A stretch of 63,797 nt of DNA, filler included, from Reclinomonas americana ATCC 50394 (Eukaryota): assembly GCA_048213135.1 (NCBI GenBank). It is 15 parts of 15 records of this genome, joined end to end, with 100 filler letters (N's around TTAATTAATTAA, not from the genome) between each part and the next. Parts side by side here need not be neighbours in the genome. Positions count along the whole stretch, not along the records: positions 51,514 to 53,854 come from AFZH01022003.1; positions 53,955 to 60,158 come from AFZH01022005.1; positions 60,259 to 62,600 come from AFZH01022006.1; positions 62,701 to 63,797 come from AFZH01022049.1; 11 more parts are not named here. The stretch is one strand, 5' to 3'. The notes below the pieces were generated by a model. It did not search any database and was not told the origin of the DNA. It saw nothing but the letters and a program-made list of their open reading frames with translations. How positions within the stretch are numbered: position 1 is the first letter of the stretch; each line of letters begins with the position of its first letter. Both the position numbers and the translations under genes were made by a program. Below are positions 53,115 through 63,797 of this stretch, piece by piece.

Positions 53115-54872
53115 CGAACAACACGACAAAGGATGCACGGAGACAGGAGGAAGGCGGGAGAACATGCGGATCAGGCACGCACACGGAGATAAATTCAACA
53201 ACTAGAAGCAAGCGGAGCGCGGTGATAAGTGAGAAATAAGAAGACGCGAGAAGGCAACGATGCGATGGAGAGACGGGCGATGAAACTAGGAGATCGAAGA
53301 GGGCGCCAACAGCAGAAGAGTCACGAAAGGACGAAAGCGAAGAATGCAGGAAACCGAAAAGCAATAGAGAAGACAAAAGGGAACGGAAAGGAGCCTCGAG
53401 ATCAAGAGACTGCAGAAGAAACCACGAGTGCAGGGGCAGCAAGACAAAGCGATGGGGAAATGGCGATCAACAAGATCGACCAGGTGGAGAAGGGGCAGCA
53501 CGACAGGCAACACGCAGAGATGGACCGGCACAACACAGGGAACGACATGGAGAAGACAAGATGAGGTAACGGACACTCAAACCCGAACATGACAACGCGA
53601 CAGCCCCCCTTCATCATCCTCATAAAAGCAACAGCGCCGACAACCATGCTATAAGCACACCCAACGCACACATTGCAGCAGCGTCGCAACACACACACGC
53701 ACGACAACTGAAACCGAACACTCGCACTCAAAACACTCAACCGCCTCCCTCGCTCCTTCTCCCTGTTCCACAATCCCAACAGACACATCAACGAACAGCC
53801 CCCTCTGTAGCCAAACACACATTGCACAAGCCAGCACAGAGCACGCATGACTGCNNNNNNNNNNNNNNNNNNNNNNNNNNNNNNNNNNNNNNNNNNNNTT
53901 AATTAATTAANNNNNNNNNNNNNNNNNNNNNNNNNNNNNNNNNNNNNNNNNNNNGTTGGAGATTGCTGGTCGTGATTGACGTGTAACTCACTTGTCTGCC
54001 TCTCCCTCTGTGCGACTGCTGCCGGTTGTCAATGTGTACAGTGTTGCGTTTTTTTATTGTGTTTGCTTGTTTGAACTCCGTGTTCGACTTGTCTCTCGCT
54101 TGTGTGGCATCAACTCCGTGCTTGATTGTCGTGCCTTGCTATGTGTGTGTGATCACTGTTGTTGTCTGGCCGTCTTTCGGCAATCTTCTTGCTCATTCGC
54201 TGCAGCACTGTTCGTCCGCCTCGTGGTGGTTCTCACGTGCTGTTCTCTGGCCTTCTTAACTCTCTTGCTCCCTCTTCCTCTCTCCCTCTCCCCCTGCCGT
54301 TTCCTATCCGAACCTCAAGGTAGAGAGTGTGTGCATGTTCTCTGCCCTTACACCGTCTCCCCTCCCCTGTCTCTCGCTCCCTCCTCCGAACCTTCTCTTC
54401 CTCTCCTCACTTTCCTCCGCGTCCGCCTTCCGCCTTTCCGTTTCCCATCCGAGCCTCAACCCATTCGTGCGTCTCTGCCCGTGGAAGAGATAGTGTGTGC
54501 GTGTTCTCTGCCCATACTCCGTTTCCCCTCCCGTCTCTCTTGCTCCCTCTTCCGAACCTTCACTCTCGCCTTCCGCCTTACCGCTTTCTCCCCGTCTGCC
54601 TCTCTCTCCATCTATCTCTCCCTCTTCTGCATCGCCATCGAGTCAGAGCCCATTCTTCTTTGTTCCTCTGGCTGTCAGTGCTTGTGTGTGCCGCTGCCTG
54701 TTGCATGCTCTTGTCCCTCTTATCTTCCCCCGCTCCGCCCCTCCCTCCCTTCCCTCTCTCCCTCCCAATCCGTTTCTTGCGTCGCCGCCAGATCTCGTTC
54801 CCTTTCATCTTTCTCTGACACTTCATTCTCTCTCCTTGTGTGCTTCTTCTATCTTCTCACTTGTTCGCACAG

Positions 54873-54981
54873 GGAGGGTCGCGCCAAGTGGGACGCCTGG
54901 AACTCGGTCAAGGGCGTCGCCAAGGACGAGGCCATGCGCCAGTACATCCAGCAGGTGGGCGTCCTCCGCGCTCAGCAGTAA
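54873..54981 (+). CDS. ACBP: Acyl-CoA-binding protein, last exon
   Basis: EGRAKWDAWNSVKGVAKDEAMRQYIQQV after a CAG acceptor is the diagnostic ACBP C-terminal motif. Confidence 0.9.
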
Positions 54982-55410
54982 GCGAACGCTTCGCTTTTCG
55001 GCGCGTGGATGACTAGCTTCGCCCACCGCCGCTGTTCCCTCTTGAAATGAACACGCGCAAGCTGGTGAAACACGACACGCTTTTTTTGACGGTGACGACA
55101 TTCATTTTTCTCTCATGCACTATTTTATAACGCTGTTGCTCCACTCCCCTCCTCCGGGCTCACCGCGCGCCTGCTTGCGTGCACGAGTAGGCAACACACG
55201 CGCGCGGCGACCCAACAACAACAAAACACGCAAACACAAAGCTCATTACGTCCTCTATTCCTTCTTTTTCACACACACACACAGCGTGCGCAACACGCGC
55301 ACAACACTGGGGCGTACACACATACACTCGCTCTCTCACTCCATACACACAAAATGAATACACAACAACAACAACAACAACAAATACGGATACAAGAGAA
55401 GAAAATCGCA

Positions 55411-57195
55411 TTATGTGGCATTCGCCCGTCGCATGTTGCCAGCCTGCTTCAGTCGGCTCAGCGTCTGCTTGAGATCCTTCAGCAGCAGGTCGAGCCACTG
55501 CAGTTTCTCGTAGCGGGTGAAGACCGTGGCACAGTGGTCACTGCGTGGGAGGGAAAATGAGGAAAGGCAAAGGGAAGAGATGGCGATGCACAAAAGAGCA
55601 CAGGGAGAACCAGGACGGTGGGAGAACGAGACAAGAAGAATGAAGGAGCGATGCGGCACAGAAGACCAGAGTCAAGCAGAACTGGATCACGAGAGAAAGA
55701 AGAGCAATGTGCTTCACAGAGACAAGCACAAGGAGAAGGGAAGGCACAGGAGAGACGAAGACGAAGAAAGGGACCAAGGGAGACACAAGAGTGACGTGCT
55801 GCACACAGACAAGCACGAGGAAAAGGGAAGGAAGAGCAAGGAACAAGCTGAGAGGAAGGCACGAAGAACCAATAGGAACAATCACAGGAACAGCAAGGAG
55901 ACTCGTACACGATGATGAGACAGAAGATCACCAAGTCAAGCATGACAGAGGAAAGAGGTGGAGAACTGGACCAAGATAGACAAAGACAAGCACAAGGAGA
56001 AGGAAGGCACGATAGAACAAGCAACAAGCCAACGGCACTGAGAGGAACGCACAAAGAACCAATAGGCACCAATCACAAGAACAGCAAGGAGACTCGTTCA
56101 CGAATGAGACAAAAGATCACCAAGTCAAGCATGACAGAGAGGAAAGAGGTGGAAAGCTGGACCAAGAGAGAGAGGAGCAACGTGTAGCATGTGGAGACAA
56201 GGACAAGGAGAAGAAGAGCATGAGCTAGATTGGCGGTAAGAGACAGAAAACGAAGAATGGACCAAGGGAGGCAAAGGAGCAACGTGCTGCGAAAGCACGA
56301 GGAAAAGGGAAGACACAGAAGAGCAAGAGCTTGATCAGCTGTGAGAGACAGAAGACGAAGAACGGGACTGCACACAGACAAGCACAAGAGAAGGAAGAAA
56401 GAGAACAGAGAAGCACGGAACAAGGAGGAAACGATCAAACGCCCTCGCGAAATCGACATGCATGCACAACCGAACAGGCCTTTCACACACACACACACAC
56501 ACACTCCCTCTCTTCCACACTCACCCCGTGTACTGCGTAAAGACCACCTCGCGAGTGGCCTTCCATTGCCTCGCAATGCCCAAGTACTCGTTCTTGTGAG
56601 TCTCGCGCCACAGTCTCGGGTACAACGCAATCGCCTTTTTTTTTGCAAAGGAAATAACCGCAAAAAAATAAGTGTCAAAAATAAACACACAGCACACACA
56701 GAGAGAGAGACACACAGACACAGACGCAGCAGCAAGGGAGACAGAGAGTGTGTGTGCGAGTGTGTGTGTGTGAGATGTCTCACCCGATCATAGAACTCGA
56801 GAAATCGTTGGCCCTTCTTGTCGAGCTCGCCACCAAGCAGCTCAAACAGCTCTTGTGGTTCTGCGCATCACACACACGCACACGCACACACAAGAGTGAG
56901 AACAAGTTGCACGAGTGCGATGGCACGCGTTTGCCACTCTCACAAACGACAGACACTCTACTCTCTGTCACGTGTGTCTCTCACCTTGACCAAGCGCTGC
57001 GTTTGACATGCAGTACCGGTGCAGATCCTCCACCGTCATGTCGGTTTGCGCGGCTGCCATTGCTTCTTCGTCGTCTTCTTTCTTGCGCGCTTCTTGTTGT
57101 GCGGTTGTTAATTCGTCGTCCCGTCCGCGAATTGGAGATGCTCGCCGCTCGAGTTCGGCACAAATGTGTTCCGCGCAGCTCAGCGTTGCCGTCAT
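55411..57195 (-). CDS. Hypothetical four-exon protein; last intron expanded by degenerate repeats (about 55560-56400)
   Basis: MTATLSCAEH..ALGQ, NHKSCLSCL..MIG, KAIALYPRLW..QYTG and DHCATVF..RANAT stop, with GTGAGA/GTGAGT donors. Confidence 0.55.
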
Positions 57196-58152
57196 TTGTG
57201 TGGGTGTGTGTGGGTGTGTTGGGTGGAATACAGGAACGGTGGTGTTGGCTGCGTGCAACGATTGATATGAGTTGATTTTTCCACGAGCGTGCGTCGTGTG
57301 CTGCCTGCGGGACGATTTGATCGATTTCGGTATTGCGGAATGGAGTGAAGTCAACGCGGTGGCAGCGCGTGTGTGTGTGCTGGTGGTGGGGAAGCGAGCG
57401 GGTTGTACGCTTGCACCGACGAATCCGCTCGAATTACGCATCGGCAGAGTAAAAATACAAAAATACTTCAATCGATTTCACGATTTGCTCGTTCTTTCGT
57501 ACCAGAAAGATAAGGGTTTCACTCGTAAGCTCGTGTGCTATCACAAGAACACAAACAAAACGAGGCTGAAAAGCGAATGACAATGAGCGAGTACTTCAGA
57601 CTCGCAAAATCCATGTTGCTGACGCAAAATGGAGCATATCGATATCGCGATCGATCACAACTGTGCGACAAAATGACCGCAACTCCCTGGCCGACATTGA
57701 CCTTGGCACACCTACAACGTGCAGCACTCAATCTCTTCTCCACCAGTCGTCATACCTTTCAGGAGGCAAAGGTCATGATCACGAAGCGCGTGTCGGCCTC
57801 AGAAGGATTCCGTGGCAACCTGCCGAGAAGCAGCCGCCGAGCACGTACTGCGCCGCTATGATAATCCGATGGCGCCTCCTTGAGGTTTAGAATTCGAATT
57901 CGCGACGCTGCAATGCGCTGGCCTGCCTGCTTCGAATTCGAAGTCTCTATCGAAAATCCGAACCCGCGGCCGGTTTTCTTCTTGGAATGTGACTTGCCTG
58001 GCTGCCCTTCTGTCCCACTGCAGCGCTCCTTCGCGGGGGAAGGGAGTGATGCACCCACCGGCTGAGACTTCCGCCATCTTGCAATGTCCCGTGTCAGCCT
58101 CCAGCACACACACACGCACTCGGTCCTCACTCGAGAGAGCTCGTCGACGAAT

Positions 58153-60077
58153 ATGTCATCTCCACCACGCACACCGTCCACTCTGTCTCCGGCAGAGGTT
58201 TACGAGCAGCTGCTGCAGAAGGCCCGCCTGATTGGCCAGACGTGTGCAAATCTACAATGCAGGGATCCCAGCTGGGATCTTGAGCATGAAGCACAGGGGG
58301 TGTATGTTGCGTTGTGTCGCGCCGCCGGATCACAAGCCGTGCCAACGCCGGGGACACGCGCACGTACACTGGTGTGTTGCATGCCTGCGCATCGCAGTCG
58401 AGCGCGCTAATTGTGCACTGAGATCATCCACACTGATGTACAGAGAACATGGCCTGCGTCGGAGACGGTGATGCATGCCGTGTGCGGTCGCGTTGACGAC
58501 TTGCTTGCATCGAATCTGACTTTGCTCGATTTTGAGTTGCCGACAAAGACAAGGGAGATCGCCCATTGTGTCTGGATGGCGCCCATGGTGTCGGTGACTG
58601 CCCTCTTTCGTCACCTGCCAGACTCGTTTTTCGTCAAGATGTGCTCCGATTGTGGGTGGTGGCTGGTCGCCGCCGTCGTCACCGGCCGGTTGTGCACGCT
58701 GCTCGAAGTGCTGCAGGAGCGCGGTGTACATGAGCAGTCTGTGATGCAGCACGCGCAGGTGGATGTGGCACTCCGTGCAGCTGTCAGCATGTCAGATGGC
58801 CACACTGTGCGCTACCTCGGCCGACTTGGTCTTGCTAGTGGTGGTGATGCGCAGAATGTGCAGACACTGCTGGTTGTCTGCCTGCGACACTGTGTGCTCA
58901 ACGGCAAGACGGCACTCCTCGCCGATCTCCGTGAATCGTGGCCTGTAGGTGATGGTCTGGAGGCGTGTGTTCGACTGGAGGTGGCGGCTACCACTGGCAA
59001 TGTGGATGCCGTGCAAGAGTTGCTGAGCGAGGGAGTTGCCGACCCCGGATTCTGCGACAACTGGCCCTTGCGGCAGGCGGTGTATCGCGGACACGAGAGG
59101 GTGGTGGCGGCGCTGCTTGCCGACGGTCGTGTGAAACCTGCTCACCCGAGCAACGCAGCACTGTGGCTGGCTTGTGCAAAAGGCCACATGGATGTGGTGT
59201 CGCTGCTGCTGGCGCGTGTCGAGGTGGACATGATTTATCCGTATTCGATGCAGTTGACGTATCCGGTCGTAGACGCGGTGGGGCGCATGGTGGGCCTCGA
59301 TGGACGGGAGCAGAATGCACTTGACCGTTTCCACGGTAAGTCGCCGCTGGAAGTGGTGACGATGACGAGAAATGCGTCGCTGCTGCAGATGCTGCTGGAA
59401 GCGGACTGTGTTCGGCACCCTGCTTACGTGCGTTGGCTGCCGATACTTACCTGCGTGCGAAGCATCGGCATGCTGCGGATTCTTCTTGATGATCCTCGAC
59501 TGGTTGAGGGTCGCAGTGTTGACCATCGCACTGTGGTTGTGCACGTGATGGATGACGTCGATGATGAAGACGCTGTGCGTGATGTTGGCGAAGACTCTGA
59601 ACGTGACCGTGACTTGAGCCGACTGCCTGTGGCCACGATGTGCCTGCTTGAGCGGGAGTGCTATCGGTCGCGCGTGACGACAAACGACCTTGTCCGTTGC
59701 CTTGCGCACTGTTCAGACGACGAACAAGTCTCGGTATATGCTCCTGTGACGGCAGTTTTCACGGCGGCTGCAAGGCGTGGTGTGTGGCCACGAGTTGTCG
59801 CGCGGGTGTTTAGCGAACAGCACCTCGCACCTCGATGGATGCGAGTTCTGCTGTCGCTGCCGTTAGCACGGCCGCTTGTTGGCACCAATGTGCTTGCCAC
59901 TGCCATGAATAAGATTGTCTGCAAGTTACACCGGGCATTCGAAGAGAGTGGGAGCGACGGCGACTCCAGCACAGCGTCGGAGTTGGATGAATGGGAGGGC
60001 TGTCGCGACAAATTACTCAAATGCTCGAGGCTGGATGCGCTGGCCGTGTTATGCCTTGCCAGTTCTAAACCATTGAT

Positions 60078-60139
<62 letters not shown>

Positions 60140-60361
60140 CTTCTCCTCCGTCCTTCTANNNNNNNNNNNNNNNNNNNNNNNNNNNNNNNNNNNNNNNNNN
60201 NNTTAATTAATTAANNNNNNNNNNNNNNNNNNNNNNNNNNNNNNNNNNNNNNNNNNNNCGTAACGTAACTTAACTAACTAACGTACGTACGTACGGTACG
60301 GTCGGTACGGTAGTCGTCGTCGTCGGTCGTTCGTTGTCGTTCGTCGTCGTACGTACTACTA

Positions 60362-60425
<64 letters not shown>

Positions 60426-60973
60426 CGTTCTCTCCGTCCCTTTCTCATGCACTTGCCTGTTGCTCGACTCACTGGTATTATCATTTGCAGTGTTCGTTCG
60501 AGAGCAATCGTTTCCACTTGTCGCCTGCAGAGTGCTCAACGTCGACGTCCTCCTGGATCGATCAATGTGAACATGCTCTCGCCTCGACCGAGCTCGAATG
60601 CATGCTGGATCGTTCGTTGCCATTCCCACTGGTGCAACTCAGTTGCGCTATTGCTCCGCCGGACTTTCGCAACTCGGCGCCTTCATTTGGGGTGCTTCGG
60701 CACCTGATCGACGCTGTGGTCGTTGGAGATGGTGATCGCTCGTATCGTAGAGATAGCCACCACACCTGCCGTTCCGAGTTGCCGCTTGTGCAAATGCTTG
60801 CACCTGGAGGTGTCTTGCGTGGCCTGTCGCGGAGGACGCTACACCGGGTGCTGCTGTACGAGATTTACCACGTTCTGCTGGCCGACAAGTTGCGGGCCAG
60901 CATGGGTGTGGTTTTGCCGTCGGACATGTGGATGCACATCGTGCTCTTTGTTCGATTGCCTCGGCGATGGTAA
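58153..60973 (+). CDS. Ankyrin-repeat protein, tandem copy 1; spans gap 60159-60258
   Basis: DPGFCDNWPLRQAVYRGHERVVAALLADGRV and NAALWLACAKGHMDVVSLLL. Probable intron 58372-58443. The last exon ends LPSDMWMHIVLFV; its linkage across the gap is inferred. Confidence 0.8.
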
Positions 60974-61226
60974 CGCTGATGAGAGATGCAAGATGAAGAA
61001 AACATAAAAAGCCAGCAAAGTTCTCTGAGTGCTTCTTCGTGGAGTACAATATAAACAAGTCGTGTCGTCCGTCTCACACACCGTGTTCCGCCAATAAATG
61101 GACGCCCCCGTCGCCAGCGAAGCGACTTCCGTCGACGCCTGCGTGTCCCGTGTCAGCTGCTTCATGACACACACGAATCACACACACACTTCGTCGGTCC
61201 TCACTCGAGAGAGCTCGTCGACGAGG

Positions 61227-62600
61227 ATGTCATCTCCACCACACGCACCACCCACTCTGTCTCCGACGGAGGTTTACGAGCAGCTGCTGCAGAAGGCCGG
61301 CCTGATTGGCCAGACGTGTGCCAATGTGCATTGCAGAGCCTCCGATCTTGCGTACGAGGCACAGGGGGTGTATATTGCGTTGTGTCGCGCCGCCGGATCA
61401 CAATCCGTGCCAACGCCGGGGACACGCACATATGCGCTAGTTCGTTGCATGCCCGCGTATCAACGTCGAGCGCGCTAATCAAATTGTGCACTGACACCAT
61501 CCACGCCAATGCACAGAGAACATCGCCTGCGTCGGACTTTGTGATGCATGCCATGTGCGGTCGCGTTGATGAGTTGATTGCATCGAGTCTGACTTTGCGT
61601 GAGCACATGTCGTCCACGTGGATAAGCGATGTCGCCCACTGTGTCTGGATGGCGCCAATGGTGTCGGTGACTGCCCTCTTTCGCCGCCTGCCTGCCTGGT
61701 GTTTCACTCGAATGTTCGCCGACTATGAGTGGTGGCTGGTCGCCGCCGTCGTCACCGGCCGGTTGTGCACGCTGCTCGACGTGCTTCAGGAGCGCGGTGT
61801 CCAAGCTCTGACGCAGCACGCGCAGTTGGATGTTGCACTCCGTGCTGCCGTCAGCATGTCGGATGGCCGCACTGTGCGCTACCTCGGCGGACTCGGTGTT
61901 GCTCGTGGTGGTGATGCGCAGAATGTGCAGACACTGCTGATTAGCTGCCTGCGACACTGTGTGCTCAACGGCAAGACGGCGCTCCTCGCCGATCTCTGCG
62001 AATCGTGGCCCGTCGGTGATGATCTGGAGGCGTGTGTGCGGCTGGAGGTGGCGGCCGCGACTGGCAATGTGGATGCCGTGCAAGAGTTGCTGAGCGAGGG
62101 AGTTGCCGCCCCCAGCTTCTGCGACAACTGGCCCTTGCGGCAGGCGGCATTTCACGGACACGACGGAGTGGTGGCGGCGTTGCTTGCCGACGATCGAGTG
62201 GATCCTGCTCACCCGAGCAATGCGGCACTATGGCTGGCCTGTGCAAAAGGCCACTTGGGCGTGGTGTCGCTGCTGCTGGCGCGTGTCGAGGTGGACATGA
62301 TTTATCCGTATTCGGTGCAGTTGACGTATCCGGTCGTGGACGCGGTGGGGCGCATGGTGGGCCTCGATGAACGGGAGCAGGGCAAACTTGACCGTTTCCT
62401 GGATCGATGGCCGCTGGAAGTGGCGACGATGACGAGAAATGCGCCGCTTTTGCGGACGCTGTTGGAGTCTGATTGCGCTTGGTTCCCTTTTGAGGTACGC
62501 TGGCTGCCACTGCTTAGCCGCGTGCGAAGCATCGACATGCTGCGGATGCTTCTTGACGATTGTCGTGTGGTTGCGGGCTTGGTTGATGCCAGGCATGTGA
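61227..62600 (+). CDS. Ankyrin-repeat protein, tandem copy 2 (truncated by gap)
   Basis: Highly similar to copy 1, including the upstream flank. Probable intron 61440-61516. Confidence 0.82.
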
Positions 62601-62730
62601 NNNNNNNNNNNNNNNNNNNNNNNNNNNNNNNNNNNNNNNNNNNNTTAATTAATTAANNNNNNNNNNNNNNNNNNNNNNNNNNNNNNNNNNNNNNNNNNNN
62701 AGTAGTGTAGTGTGTGTGTGTGTGTGTGTG

Positions 62731-62786
<56 letters not shown>

Positions 62787-63797
62787 CGAGTGAGCGAGTG
62801 AGAGAGAGAGAGAGAATTCTCCTTGCAGTGTGTGGATTGATCGCAGAAATGATTCCTTCTCTCTCTTCTCTCTCTCCCTCGCCTCTCTTCTTTCTCCTCT
62901 GCGAGAGCGTTGTTGCGCGCGTGCATGTGTGTGTGCTTCTCGTTGATTTGCCTGTGCGCGTTGCATTCTGGGTGTGATTGATTTTCGCGCCCATCTGCGT
63001 CACATTCTCGCGCTCTCTGCTCTCTTCCTCTCTCTCATCTCCCTCCTTGGCGTGCATGTGCACGTGTCATTGATTCGTGTTAGTGTATCGCGCATGTGTG
63101 ACGTGACTGATCAACACCCTCATCCGTTTCTCTCTCTCCTCTCTTTCTCTCTCTTCCTTCTTAGAGTGCTCATCATCTCACGTGCTTGTTTGTCTGTGTG
63201 CCTTGTGCGAATCGCGTCCGTGGTGTGAATCACACACATCGTCCTATTCTTCTTCCTCGCCTCGCCTCTCGTGGTTCGTGCGTGCTTGCTGCTTATCCTC
63301 CTCGTATCCATCTCATTCACTCACATTCTCCTCTCATCCTGCTCTTTCCGCATGCGTGTGCCTCTTTCTCACTATTTGCATGTTGTCTTACATTGTATTC
63401 ACATGTGTTCCCTGTCTTCATTTCCCGTGTGCCTCTCCGTCCTGATCCTACTCTCTCTCCCCCACCCCACACATCATTTGTTTATCGTCCCCCTCCACTC
63501 TCCTCTCTCTCTCTCCTTCTCTCTCTCGCACTCGCCCCTTCTCCCTTCCCTCCCTTCGTCTTGCATCTCCGCTCTGATCACCATTGTGCCACTCATGCTT
63601 GTCGCGCTGAGCAGCTCTCTGTCAGGCTTGTTCTTGTAGGGTTCTCCACTCTCTCACTCCGCTCTCCATCTCTTTTCACCTCGATTGTGATACTGCCTGG
63701 ACACGCACTCGTGCTTCTCCTTCTCCACCCTTTCCTCTCTCGCTCTCTCTCTCTCTCTCTCTCCCTCTCCCACCCTCCATCCATTTGCATCCCTTTC

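Noticed and set aside
58340..58445. In-frame TAA at 58408-58410 as stop readthrough or code reassignment, or a GA-AG intron
   Set aside because: A normal GT-AG intron (58372-58443; paralog 61440-61516) removes it. The paralog has a frame-changing indel there, and TAA, TAG and TGA all terminate genes elsewhere in the window.
60259..60363. Odd ACGT/TACG/GTC-cycling sequence (similar at 49541-49647)
   Set aside because: It sits at contig ends beside microsatellites and looks like low-quality pyrosequencing read tails.
62701..63797. Possible gene at the window end
   Set aside because: The sequence is low-complexity and pyrimidine-rich with no convincing exon; it is probably intronic or intergenic.

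Overview
This is a GC-rich, gene-dense, intron-rich eukaryotic (protist-like) scaffold. Most introns are 55-85 nt, and a minority are bloated by microsatellites. Fourteen 100-nt gap linkers (N44-TTAATTAATTAA-N44) interrupt it; several genes continue in the right order across them, so they behave as scaffold gaps. Manual splicing gives about 23 protein genes: SMCR8-like, Ubl+WD40, Nup188, isovaleryl-CoA dehydrogenase, MCU, MICU, a 2-oxodicarboxylate carrier, CCDC138-like, an ankyrin/coiled-coil/IRAK-Pelle-type kinase, a PH-domain protein, a degenerate Rab/Ras-like GTPase, MTFR1-like, an ependymin-related protein, two Cys-rich/polyproline secreted repeat proteins, a GH35 beta-galactosidase, a SAM methyltransferase, ACBP, two tandem ankyrin paralogs and several hypotheticals. 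The strongest unusual signal is in splicing: at least 30 introns start GTTGCG(T) or GTTTCGT. This is the local GTGCGT/GTTCGT donor shifted by one base, with C at +5, and 28 of the 30 follow a non-G exon end, pointing to an abundant second class of 5' splice site. Other highlights are MCU and MICU head-to-head 104 bp apart, a RING finger encoded by one symmetric exon inside Nup188, a probable prenylated pseudo-GTPase, and a 6-Cys repeat secreted family I do not recognise. All gene models and family calls are by eye from motif memory, with no database search or transcript data.
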